From: Albugo candida
Taxonomy: Eukaryota
Direction of reading: 5' to 3'
Assembly: GCA_040437565.1 (NCBI GenBank)
Contig: JBDOQK010000037.1
Coordinates: 62,001 to 126,000, forward strand
Length of the DNA stretch: 64,000 nucleotides
Shown here: positions 13,325 to 26,419 of the stretch, piece after piece
Position numbering within the stretch: the first letter of the stretch is position 1
How the letters are laid out: each line of letters opens with the position of its first letter
The notes under the pieces: model-generated
Told to the model about the DNA's origin: nothing
What the model saw: the letters and a program-made list of their open reading frames with translations, nothing else
Database searches by the model: none
Made by a program: the position numbers and the translations under genes

Positions 13325-16300
13325 GTTAACCGTAACCGACCAAGATACTGTTCCCCTTGCACAATTCAAAAAAGCGACAGAGAAAACCACGAAAGCATAA
13401 AAAATGACACCCGAAGAGATCCAAACGCACGAGAAAGAAGCAGAATTTATTCTCAAAACTACCAACAAACACAGGAAGAAAAATGGTTTTGTTTTCGTCA
13501 CATCGATTATACGATTGCTGCGGTAGAAAGTCATGTTTTCTTGTACATATAACTAGGAATATCGCTGGATACCACCTCTCCAAATATTTCCAGTTTTAAT
13601 GACGGGAAGCTTTGCAGAAAAGATTCCAACCCAAAGGAGGAAATATCATTACGTCCTAGGACGATGTTCGGAATGAGAGGACGTGGAAAGAATGAAGCTC
13701 TAGAGGGATCTCCTTACCGTCCTCAATGGTCGAAGGATGGCGATGGTTTCGTATCAAACTCAAAAGACGGATCGAACGCTGTGAAAAGCGCAGAGAATGC
13801 GAATTTACTCCGTAATAATTTGTCGACTGGGAAAAAAGAAGAAAATGGTCGACGCAAAAGCAAAGGTACTTTGTAATGTTGCACGAAAGTATGTCACACA
13901 TTGACACTTGCCGAATGTTGCTAGTGCTCCGTTATGCTCGCGAAGAACTATTGGCGATGCACGTTCAAAATACAATAGCACCCACATATACTTCTGAAAC
14001 AATGATTATATCGGAATACTGCCTGCCGCCAGTCGGAACATTTCCATTCGATCATGAAGAGATATATAAACAATGGGCTTTGAATAAGAATCGGGGTCGT
14101 GGTCGTGGTCGAGGAATGAATACAGGGCCTCAAGAACGAGGGCAGAATCACCGGAATGATCCTGATAAAAAGGTAATGCTCTACCGTGTGCTCCTCCAAA
14201 TGCTGAACATGCTTGCAGGCTCGAAGTACCGAAGAGTTACTGAGTGATGATCCAATGTGGGTTCGAGAAACAAATGAGAAAGCTAGCGCTCAAGATATGT
14301 GGGATGATGTCGGAGCTTCTGGAGATACCCGGATAGACATGGTTTGCTGTCTTCATGATGCATACTGATTACTTGAGTAACTTTGTAAATCCAGGACTTG
14401 ACGTCGATGGCTGAAGCCTCTGAGCGATTTCGACGAGAAATGGATGGCTTACGTGATAAAAATGAAAGCACCCAGTCGTCACATAACGTGGTGCGTTGCA
14501 TCGCTGCCCAGATACCAGTGACATTTCAACTTACTACTTACGACTTTAAACAGGAAGCGAGCCTTGATGACTTGGATCTGCTAGATAAGAAATTGGAAGC
14601 TGTGGCTTCAGGCCAATTCGACGACTGCAAAGAAGAGTCTTCAGAGCTGGACGCACAGTCGACCAACGTAGCTCCAGAGAATATTACCAGCGATTCGACT
14701 TTCTTCGAACCTGAAAACGTTTTGCTGAAGCATGATCTAAGTACAGGAATCCCTTTGAACTTTATGAGCGGCACTTTTAACGTATCGGAACCTCAAACAC
14801 TCGAAGCTGCTGACGAATGGTTCTACCTAGATCCTCAAGGTCAGCAGCAAGGACCATTCAAGACCAGCGAAATGCGAGAATGGTTTGATGCTGGCTACTT
14901 CAAACCTCATTTGCCGATTCGTTCCAGTCAAGAAAGCAGGTTTACTCCGCTTGCAAATCATTTCGCAACAAGTGTGGTTCCGTTTGCCTCTGTCCCAAAG
15001 CTAAAAATTGTCGAAACGCAAGTGGATTTCGAGCGTCAGCACTTGATTGCATTAAAGCAACAACATCTCGCACAAATTCAACAGCAGCAGCAAGAGCAGC
15101 GTCTGCTTCAATTAAGAAGAAATAATGAAATTCGAGATAATCCACAAATACTGGACGCTCCTTTACAGCATCAATCACATATACTCCAGCAGCAACAGCA
15201 ACAGATGCTCTTGCATCAGCATGTACAAGAGCAGGCACCGATATCGTCGGCGCTGCAATGGCCGCACCATCCACAAAAAGTCAATGATAGTATCCAATAT
15301 CTTTTCCAAAGTTCTTTTGATAGCGGCAAATTGGTATCACACGACAACGAGAATCTCAAGCAGCAAACTGAAGCACCATATCGCCCAATCGTGGGCATGG
15401 TCACACAACCTGGCATGATTGCTGATCTTTCAAAATCTTCCAATACCCCGATCGAGTCATCATTTTCCTTGCATGAAGATGAAAAGAAGCCGATAAATCA
15501 CGCATGGGGAGCAAATAACGCACAAAGTACACTAGCCAACAAATCGAAAGAATCAGCCCAACCTGTGAGAAGACTTGAAAACGCTGAAACTCAAAGTCTG
15601 CACCATCAAGTGCCAGGCTCCCATATTATACAAGAGAAGCCACTCCGGGTAACTTCAGAACAGGCGCAGCAAAGCAAGACGACCGAGAAAGGAATTTCAT
15701 CTGCCTGGGTTCACAATAATGTCGTAGAACGCTCACACGTAAAGTCTCTGAAGGAGATTCAAGATGAGGAACAACGAGCCATAAAGGAGCAGAATCGGAG
15801 GGAACAAAGCTCCTTGAATTTGGAGCAAATGGGCGCTCAGCTCAAAATGATGCTTGGCATAGAGTCAACAAATCTGTCGGCAGCGACTACATCGCCAAAA
15901 TCACAAAATTATAACGTGTCAGCTGTTGGTCCATGGAACACTGCATCCACGGTCACTGCTCAAGTGAGTAGTAAGCAATCGCTTCGCGATATATTGGCAG
16001 AAGAAGAACGACTTGCTCAAAAGCGGGTTCAACAACATGAGGTTGCCGTCAAAAGCGCTCATTGGAGTAATGTCGTAGCTGGAAAGCCAAGTACCATATC
16101 GTCCAAATCTTCAAGATCTCTTGGACCAGTTCCCGCAGCAGTACTGAAATCAAGCAGCCAAGCACGTATGTCGAACACAAACTCGCGAGGTCAAGCTGCA
16201 CACACTTCAACTTCCCGGCCGACTGTAGATGAGTCTGGTGATGCTAGCTTTTGGAATTTTGATGCGGCACAAAGTGTTGTGCCTGACAGCAACTCGAATA

Positions 16301-16683
16301 CTGTTTCGACCAATAAATTTGGGTCAAAAGTGCTCGTTCCAGAGTTGATGACGTGGTGTGCAAAAGAATTGGAGCAAATTGGTGGAGTCGAAAACTTGAC
16401 TTTGATGGAGTACTGTGCGACATTGGACGATCCAGGTGAGATACGGCAATATTTGGCTGCATATTTGGGATCCACACCACGCGTTTCTGCTTTTGCAACG
16501 GGCTTTATCCAAAAGAAAAAAGAATCACAGAACCTCAAGTACAAAAAAGCGCAGGAAGATGTACCATCCGAAGTTGCCAAGTCGACGAATACTAGTAATA
16601 TGATCGGTAAGAAAGGTAGACGACGATCCAAAGGGCAACGAGTAGATCCGTCGCTTCTCAGCTACTCTGTAGGCAGCGTCTGA
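13325..16683 (+). CDS. GYF-domain protein (GIGYF1/2-like); 5' exons uncertain
   Basis: RYAREELLAM (4EHP/eIF4E-binding-like YxxxxLL motif), GYF domain WFYLDPQGQQQGPF..EMREWFDAGYF, Q-rich tract, SLKEIQDEE and SLRDILAEEE motifs, and C-terminal helical domain (YLAAYLGST..FATGFI). Confidence 0.85.
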
Positions 16684-17435
16684 TAAATACANNNNNNNNN
16701 NNNNNNNNNNNNNNNNNNNNNNNNNNNNNNNNNNNNNNNNNNNNNNNNNNNNNNNNNNNNNNNNNNNNNNNNNNNNNNNNNNNNNNNNNNNCTCAAGTAC
16801 AAAAAAGCGCAGGAAGATGTACCATCCGAAGTTGCCAAGTCGACGAATACTAGTAATATGATCGGTAAGAAAGGTAGACGACGATCCAAAGGGCAACGAG
16901 TAGATCCGTCGCTTCTCAGCTACTCTGTAGGCAGCGTCTGATAAATACACTCACTGCCTTGGATCGATTCTTTTGTTCTGTATTCCTCGTCGGAAATTGC
17001 TGGTATTGAAATGCTATGTCCGGCGAATGGTTGGTTGATTCTTTCAGCAGCAAAATGCTGTGTCGGGCAGAATGGCTGGTTGATTGGATGGGCACAAGAA
17101 AACGCGACTTGAGTTGAGAGGTGATGAGATGTGGAGGTGACCCGATGAAGATGTGATAACAATCATTCCGACCGAAATGTGACTCAGCAATGTAGGTGAA
17201 CTTTTGCAAAATGCAAGAGGCATTGTTCGACGCAGTATGTAGTAATTACAATTTATAGTGCATTCGATTACTTTACAGCTACTCGAATTCAAAAGGTTGA
17301 ATTAAGCGCAAATGCGTCCTTTACCTTTGTGAGATTCCCGCGTGTGTTGTTGCTGCAAGTAACTAAGCACCGTGACTTTCTGTATAAGATCTGGTCGCTT
17401 ATTAAAGGGCTAACGGTACTGCAGTAAAAATCATA

Positions 17436-18122
<687 letters not shown>

Positions 18123-18243
18123 TTGGCATAAATATCGCGTAAATTAAAATATAAAAAGATGCCGCTTTTCACTAAAAAGCGCAATGCTGATTGGATGCAA
18201 TAGACAATACCAGCTTTGGATTGGCTGAAATACGCAATCGGTA

Positions 18244-19207
18244 ATGGAGAAATCGACCCAGCCAACATGGCTCGGTTCCATGGAAAGTGTGCGGACAATT
18301 GTCGTCTTACTAGGCTGCATATCGAACGGAAAGAAAGATCAACGCATTCGTTGTGAGATCGATACAAACGGAGTAGTATTTCTGTCGCAATCGAAAGGAA
18401 AATCGCTGCACATAAAATCCGCAATTAGTAAGAAAATATTTCGCACGTTTGAGATGCTCGACGATATGACAGAAGGAGAACAGGATCCGCAAACGCGATA
18501 TCCGTACGCATTCTGTCTCGATGCGGCTCTTTTTCTCGAATGCTTGTCCGTTTTTGGCTCAACCGCACAAAGCCACACCTCCATCCAACTTGCATACTAT
18601 GATCAAGTATATATATTCGATCACTTGTGTGCACACTTCTCACACTGCTATCTTACAGAACTGTGAATTGGGAATTCTTTTAGAAGAACGTGGTGTCATT
18701 TGTGAATGTAGCCTGCGTGTACTCGAGGCTGACACAGTGGATATCGATTGTTATGAGCTCGAATCCTGCTTTGAGAGCTCGGATGTGGTTGGACGTTGTA
18801 TCATCCAATCTCGTCCACTTCGAGATGCGTTCTTGGAGCTTTATGATCTTCCTAGCGCAGCCTCTGTCACAATATCGATGAAGCATTCGACCTCAAAATC
18901 ATCAACTGCGCCTGTGAATGGTTTGTTTCTCCGAGCGGAATCAAATGCTGGGTCGTGTGAAATCGCTTTTCGTGAGCGCTCAGATGCGTTTATCGAATTC
19001 AAATGCAATCATTTACCGGGACAATCATTAGCTGAATCAAGCTTCCATGTGGCGATATTGCAACATGCATTCAAAGCGTTGAATCACGCGACGGAATCCT
19101 TTTTACGAATGACGCAGAACGGGATGCTTTCTGTGCAGCATATGATCCTCACAAGCTGTGGAGAACGCGCATTTGTAGATGCATTGATATGCTGTGATGA
19201 CGCTTAA
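18244..19207 (+). CDS. RAD1: Checkpoint clamp subunit Rad1 (9-1-1 complex), one intron ~18607-18658
   Basis: PCNA-like features: KSLHIKSAISKKIF, LFLECLSVFG, LILLEERGVICECSL, LRDAFLEL, and FLRMTQNGMLSVQHMI..FVDALI. Confidence 0.8.
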
Positions 19208-19288
19208 TGGGCTCCCTCACACTAATATAGAATCTATCTTGAGCGATTTATCGTCAGACCCCAAAATCGGATACGCTTGCTTAGTGAA

Positions 19289-19984
19289 ATGGTGCTTGCG
19301 CAGGATGAAATTGACGCTTGCAGGGAAGCTTTTCTCGCGTTCGACAAGGACAGGTCGATCGATTCACAGGCTCCGCGGTGTAGGGAGTTAATTTATTTGA
19401 ATTCTAGGAGTGGAACAATTGATGTGTGGGAGCTTCGTCAAGTGCTGCAAGGTCAGCGATGCGCTTGTAATAGTACCCGACTTAGTCGTTGTGTAGCAAT
19501 GGGGCAACAACCGACAGAAGAAGAGCTCTTTCAAATGATCAGCGAAGTAGATAACGATATGAGTGGCGCGATCGGTAGTCTCTCATTATGCACACTGAGA
19601 ATTTCTCTGCCTCATACGATTTTAGATTTCGCGGAGTTTTTGCAAGTGATTGATAACCAGAAGGATCGTGCAGCGATGTATGATGACGACAGTGATATGA
19701 GTACTGAGCGATAGCCTACCGAAGATGTGATACTGACGCACTTGACAGTCGACGCATTTGTTGCTTGTGGTGGAAGCCCCGATAAGAGCGGTTTTGTGAG
19801 AAAAGAAGCACTGATCAAGATCATAAAGCAGGACTTCGGACTGACTATCAATATTGAGGTAAGCTGACCTCGTCGAATCTTGGCCGATGTACTTTTGTTG
19901 CTATCGTAGGAAATCATCAACACGCTCGATGTAGACGGAAGCGGGAAAATCGAGTACAAAGAGTTTAAAGCGATTCTCACGTAA
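19289..19984 (+). CDS. Calmodulin-like EF-hand protein, outer-arm dynein light chain LC4-like (about 6 exons)
   Basis: EAFLAFDKDRSGTIDVWELRQVL, MGQQPTEEELFQMISEVD, DAFVACGGSPDKSGFV and LDVDGSGKIEYKEFKAIL. The DAFVAxGGxxDKxG segment is typical of LC4. Confidence 0.8.
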
Positions 19985-20025
19985 ACAGAGCAACTGATTG
20001 TACGAACCAAGAAGACTTGACCACT

Positions 20026-21754
20026 TTAACAACTATACACAAATAAATTGTTTCGGATTCCAATGGCGACTTCATTGAGCAGAGGATGCCAGCTTGTTTG
20101 TAAGACTTTTCGAGATACATCCAACGCACCTTCACCGCAAGAAGGCTCCAGCATTTGTTGCGCTAAAACGTGGTGCGGCATCGAGTGCCGTCGATTGGGT
20201 TGTGTGATTTTCGGAACTGGAGAAATGCAGATATCGCGCTGTCCGTTGTGATCATACACGTGAAACTCGCTATTGTACGATCCTGTGACAAAATGCTTCC
20301 CGTCACCGCTCACATCGCATTCAAATTTGTCGAAGATGCAGTCACTTTCATATAAATCTCCCAGTCGAGGTCGTAAATGTTCATGAATCTGACACAAAAG
20401 CTGTGTGAGAAACTAACCCAACAACAAAGAACACGTACATTGATCGTCTGCACGGGACGAGAATCCATGTTGAGATCCCAAACTTTCAATGTGAGAAAAT
20501 CACGAGCAATTATGTATCGCCCGTCAGGGGAAAACTTGATATCGGAGATGGAAGCAATGATTTCAGAAAAGAAGTTACAAGCCTTTGGATCTTCTAGGTC
20601 TTCATAAACTATAGAACAGCAAAATGAAAGTGAGCCGATATCTGCGTCGATCCTTCCTGACCTTTGCTATAGATATCGCAAAGTGCTGCTTGTCTCATGT
20701 CGCCGAGCTTGACAGCGCCTCGACTTGTGCTGTACATCATGATATTACAATGAAACGGATGGAAATCGGCCGCTGTGATGACTTCAGTGAGCTCTTCCAT
20801 ATTGTTCGGCTTAATGTCAACGATATCTGAGCGCAGCCTGAGATCAATATCAAACGGTACGTCATACGGTGGTTCAACGTACTGAAACTCTGATTCGAAA
20901 TGCCCAAACTCCATAAATTCACACGTAAATCATCTGCCGACATGAACGTCTCCCCATCACTGTTGAGCGCGATGGAATTGATGTGATATGTGTGAGCATT
21001 GGCATAGACGCGTTTCGTCTTTGTTGCCAAAATGCGATTACAATTCCAATACCGCGGAATATTAATTGAAGAGTTTCCGTCTTTCAAACCGCTACCATTC
21101 GTATTTCCATTGCCTGCGTCGTAATGCGATATTTCTCGAACATTTCTCTCGTGTGCTTTCCATAATTTGATAGTCTTATCGTTAGTCGATAAAAGATAAT
21201 GCGCATTATTGGAATTTTGACACCATTTAATTTGATTAATTTTCTCTTCGATTTCCAAACTTTTTAAATAATCAAATTCTGCTGTATGACTCTGAAATTC
21301 CATAAAGGGTGCATACAGCGATTTTCGTGCCGGGAAACGTTTGTTTTCCTACACAAGTAACTCAGTATGAACGTCCTCCCCGAATGAGAACTTACGCAAG
21401 AAGTGACTTCTTCACGGCAAAAAATGCTCACTCGGCCGCCTTTGGTACCAGTTGCAAGGTATCTTCCTGAAGGTTCGTATTCAATGGCTGAAATCACTTC
21501 GGCTAATATACACATATTGAGCCATACGTCCCGAGAAACAGGTGAGAAGCGATACCTTCGACATTGTTGCTGCTTCGGTCGCCGCTGGCGTACGCTATTG
21601 TCCAGTCTGACAGCTCTTGTGAATCACTCAGTGCTTCTTTGATAGTATCCACATTGACGCCTTTGTCGTAATCTTGTGTATCTTCGGGTCCCGATGTGCT
21701 CATTTCGCATGACGATTGTGTTTCTTCTCGCATATAAGTACTTTGGTAGAGCAT
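20026..21754 (-). CDS. PP2A 55-kDa regulatory subunit B (B55/CDC55), multi-exon
   Basis: [66 protein letters not shown] and [13 protein letters not shown]. Confidence 0.95.
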
Positions 21755-21944
21755 TCACCAATTTTGTAGAACAAATATTCGAAAGAAATTAGCTTTGTCG
21801 ATGTTCAAATGGAAAGTGTAACGGAATGAACGCATTTTCTAAATATATTGCAAGTTCATCGCTGTGCGTCTGTTAGCGATAAGAGACGTCGAGTCGTTAT
21901 TTGTAGTTTCACAGTAATATGTTGGCACATGTTTGTAATTAATA

Positions 21945-22140
21945 AAGAGATACAATGAACTATCGTTCCTTTGCATGTGTGGCACTGCAGGTAGATGGCG
22001 AGTATCCGTATAATATATGTGGAAGACTGGAGATATTGCTATTGGCACGCTGTTTGCTGCAAGCCGTTGGAAATTGGAGTCAAAGTAGCTGGATCGGCTC
22101 TATCTAATGTGATGAAGAAGTAATGAAATTCGTCCGACAA
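21945..22140 (+). pseudogene. Internal fragment of a second TTC27 copy
   Basis: Near-identical to ~22692-22886, with several substitutions and a 1-bp indel; the upstream flank is unrelated. Confidence 0.8.
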
Positions 22141-22244
22141 NNNNNNNNNNNNNNNNNNNNNNNNNNNNNNNNNNNNNNNNNNNNNNNNNNNNNNNNNNNN
22201 NNNNNNNNNNNNNNNNNNNNNNNNNNNNNNNNNNNNNNNNCGTT

Positions 22245-24874
22245 GATGCGCGATAGATTTTTTAAATATTTCTATTTTCTTCGGGAATGAAAGAGGCGAT
22301 TTTGGAATCTGACGCAAAGCATATCGGTCTTCTGAAGGATAGACTATCGCAAATAGCTCTCATTACCTTGGAGAAAAAGTAAGGTGATCAGCGATGTAAT
22401 CCTAGCAAGCAAGTATATATGCGGAGGAAAATACATCAAAGTGCTGCAGTCACATTGGATATGCGCTCAGTCATCCACCAGCAGCGTAGATTTCGTTCAC
22501 GACGTCATCTGTTTCGCACACGATTGCATTCGTCGATCGACTATTCCATTACTCACATCGTATCAAGTCTTACTTCAGGGCATAGCTCTACTTAACGTGC
22601 TCACACAAATCAACTACACTGGTCCAGCATTATCTACACATGAACTCGAAATTTTTACGACATACTCTAATGCGTTCATCGAAACAAAGCAAGAGATACA
22701 ATGAACTATCATTCCTTTGCATGTGTGGCACTGCAGGTAGATGGCGAGTGTCCGTATAAATATGTGGAAGACTGGAGATATTGCTATTGGCACGCTGTTT
22801 GCTGCAAGCCGTTGGAAACTGGAGTCAAAGTAGCTGGATCGGCTCTATCTAATGTGATGAAGAAGTAATGAAATTCGTCCGACAAGTCACTTCAGCATCA
22901 TGGTGGAATGCGCGTGCTTCCCTAGCGCATCAAAGGATACTGCTTGCAAAATCAGCATGCGTCACTCTATGGAATGAAGTAAATGCTGGATTTTCGGCAT
23001 ACAAAGAAGCCGAAGAATTATTTCAGCAGAACCGACAGACATCTTCCATACTTGCTCGCTTCTACGTGGAATGGGGTCTTGCCCAGCATTTTTCTGATAA
23101 AGAAGATCGCGGGAAAGAATATTTTGCAAAAGCACAAATTCTTACCGGTCTCACTGCTCAGCTCAGCGGCGCTATTGGTAGAAAAACAAAGTTCCAGCAG
23201 AAGAGTGTCGCACAAATGGTATTACTCGCAAGCTCCAATCAGACGCTGCGCTCAAAGCAGCCTATCCAATCAGACACTCATTTGGACCAAAATGCAGTCG
23301 TCACTTTGGATCAAGCAGATCCAGAAAATATCCTTCTGGAAGAGATTCAATTTGAAGATGATACACGTCCGGAACGAGAAGAGCTGCTTGTCATCGATCA
23401 AATCATTTTACTGGCGCTCTGTCTGAACGTGAAAAACAACAATCCAAACGATATTTTGACTCGTGAAGAAATGATGGCGTATATTGCTTGTGTGCTTAAG
23501 CAACTAAACAACTGGATGGTGCACGCAACTGCTCTATTGGAACGAGCCTGGCTCGAGTATCAGACATCTAAACGTCGTGAGCGTGCCGTTTTGCAGATAC
23601 AAGCGCTTGTGGATCAACACTCAAACCCAGCTAGCAACTCCATCTTCCTTGGAAGATATGACGTCAGCGATCGAACGTATGGCGCACGTTTACGCATTAG
23701 CATTTCCGCCGCAATTTGCGCTGAAAAAAGATTTAGCGGAACAATACTTTGCATTAGGTGCGGCAGCAAGTGCGTCGGAATTATTCAGAGCTGAAAATTT
23801 GGGATGAAGTGATCATTTGTTATCGGACTTAGGATCAGCAGAAAAAGGCGGAAGCTCTTGTTCGTGACCGTATTATGATCGAGCCAGCGCCTTATTTATG
23901 GTGTTATTTGGGAGACTTAACCGGCGAAATCGCTCATTTTGAGGCTGCATTGGAGCTTTCTGAGCACCGATATCCACGGGCTAAACGCTCGCTAGGACGA
24001 GCAGCGTTTGAAGCGAACGATATTCCGTCCGCAATCAAACACTTTGAAGAGAGTTTACGAATACATCCGATGCACATGCAGACGTGGTTTCTTTTGGGTG
24101 TTTTGGGCATGCGAGCAAGCGATTGGAATCTCGGGTTGCAGTCATTCACACGCGTCGTATAGCTAGATCCTGACAACGTGGAAGCATGGGGTAACATCGG
24201 ATCCATACACATGACACAGAAACACTGCTGAAGCCTTTTCGGTCTTCCAGGAAGCGGTCAATCAAAAGCGATTCATGTGGCAAATTTGGGAGAATTTAGC
24301 ATGGTGTGCTGTAGACATTGAAATAAACGGCGATGCGATGTACGCACAACATCAACTCCTTGATTTACGTTCAAAACACAATCGCCCTGTGGATCATGAG
24401 CTTCTTGCTTGGTTGGTCAATGCGATCGTGTTCGAGAAGAAAGGAGTATTGCAGTCGCATTACAGGGATGAACTTGCAAAGTTGTTGGGCCGCATTACGT
24501 CAGTAGTGACTAATAATTCAAAGCTCTGGCAAGTTTATGCGCATTTCAATGATGGTGTCGGCAGGCAAGAGAAGGCGATTGAATGTCGTTTGAAGGTATC
24601 TCGTACATTACAAACAGCAAATTGGGAAAAAGATCAAGAGCAAGTGGTGAAAGTTTGTGATGCGGCGTTGGAAGTAGCTGCTGGTTATCAAGTCCAAGCG
24701 TCAAAAAATGCTTTGCATGCGGCCCGTTTCTTTCTTCGAGGTGTATTGAAGAAAGCACAAATCGATTTCCCGCACTTGGAGATGTGTGTGCGACTAGAAG
24801 AAGCGCTGCAAGATATGCAATCAGCATCTGAAGCAATACCATGGGTACAAGCGCACCATCAAAGTCACCAATAG
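22245..24874 (+). pseudogene. TPR-repeat protein TTC27/Emw1-like, disrupted
   Basis: Motifs LSGAIGRKTKFQQK, NWMVHATALLERA, ERAVLQIQALVDQ, RAKRSLGR, EAWGNIG and WQIWEN. Frameshifts at ~23620-23650, ~23790 and ~24225, and in-frame stops at ~23830 and 24160, without obvious intron signals. Confidence 0.78.
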
Positions 24875-25304
24875 AGAATAGATGGTTCTTTTAGAAGTGC
24901 AATGTCGCTTGTATTTTGGTTGCCGGATACTTTATGGGGTTTCCTACCGACTTTTATACAAAGTTTTTCGGTAATTGCACGCCATTCTTGCGGGCAAACA
25001 TGCAATCTGTTTGTTTTGATATGGTACTATATCTATGATGCTCTTTTTGAACCAGTCTTGTTGATCAGCGGTGATTTCATTCATTTTGCGAATGCAATTC
25101 ATGCTGCTGTGTACTACAGACATCCAATGCAGCACCAAGTCGGTAGAACTTTTCCCTCGTCTTTTTGTGTGCGAGTCAGAGTACAGTCAGGAAATAAGAG
25201 CATTTACTCATGTTTAGGAAACAAAAGTGAAATATATGTATCTGTAAAGTATACAATTCCAATGGCTAACAGCTCCTGTGGCCAATGCTGCGAACGACTT
25301 TTTA

Positions 25305-26050
25305 CAGTGAATTAGCATCTCCATGACGGTTCAAATATGCATTAGATACATTGATGATCGCAGCTTCCGGTGAAATAGTCGCTTTAGGAACTGGAGACTC
25401 TGGACGAGATTCTTTGTTTGGTGGAGATGCTGGTGGATGTTGTGTTAGTAAAGGCGAAATTGCTTTGGGCTTTTCGGAAAGAGGTACGATAACAGGGTCA
25501 ACTATAGCTCGAATGGCTGGTGTCTTGATTTTTGGGTTTGGTGGAGACTCAAGAGAAGGCGGAACGACAGGGGCCGCAATTTCTCTAAATTAGACACATC
25601 GATGTCAAAATTGGGACCCTTGCGTCCTCCTGACTTGTCTTTGTCAGAGAGCACTTCAAACTCAAAACATGAGTGAGAGGCTCCACGATAACCACTTGTT
25701 TGAGCTTGATCGACATACTGATGTTCATCATCGAGCCAGAATTTCCAGTACTAAACTGCTTTATACATTCCAGGAGGTGTATTGGGTGGAATCTTGAATT
25801 CCCGTATACATGGAAATCCATCACCTCCACGCCCGCTTGGCCGTTCATGACTGGCATATGTCTCTCCGCACTTTCCATCATCAAAATAAGCGCTCGATCC
25901 AGGAATCAACGTTTTTGTGTTTATTTCATTTGTAGAGTGGATCTCTGCTCGAGGGTTTCCGGTCCAGTAGACTCCATATTTTGTTCCAATAGATTTTTTA
26001 TCTTTTGCAATGTGTCCATTTGGCACGTAAGCATAAAACACAATTTCATT
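25305..26050 (-). pseudogene. 5'-truncated fragment of an oomycete secreted-type Cys-containing protein with a Pro-rich tail
   Basis: FYAYVPNGHIAKDKKSIGT.YGVYWTG..FDDGKCGE..GRGGDGFPC..PPNTPPGMYKAV*YWKFWL..SCFEFEV, then a Pro-rich stretch in another frame. A TAG stop sits where Trp is expected. Family assignment is from recall of Phytophthora proteins only. Confidence 0.55.
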
Positions 26051-26322
26051 CGAGCGTTTGACCTCTTTCCGTACCGCTCAGAATGATGACTGCGTCTTTT
26101 TCATCTCTCGGCGTTGTGATTGTGCTTTGTCCGGGTCGACGACGTGTGAGTTGGGGTTGAATGCCTGCTTCTGTCAGTGAGATACAGGGAGGAACGCCGT
26201 CTACGATACAGCCAACGCCTTTGCAATGGGACTCGCCGAATCTGTCGATAGTGTGTGAATGAGGAGATTCGACAGGATAGAACGTACGTTGTGACGCGGC
26301 AAAGTCTTCCAAATGTGGTCAT
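26050..26322 (-). pseudogene. Truncated inverted copy of the chorismate synthase 5' end
   Basis: [31 protein letters not shown]. It closely matches 42782-43052 with substitutions and breaks off into unrelated sequence. Confidence 0.9.
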
Positions 26323-26419
26323 ATCCAATTGATGAAGAGTACCGTAAGTGGTTGAATAGAAGACGGTGGAGGCATGGGATTTTTAATACGACAGAAATGC
26401 ATCCTTTTACTCGCTACCT

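Noticed and set aside
16950..17400. Possible C/D snoRNA (GTGATGA at ~17121)
   Set aside because: No matching D box or terminal stem found; more likely UTR or promoter sequence.
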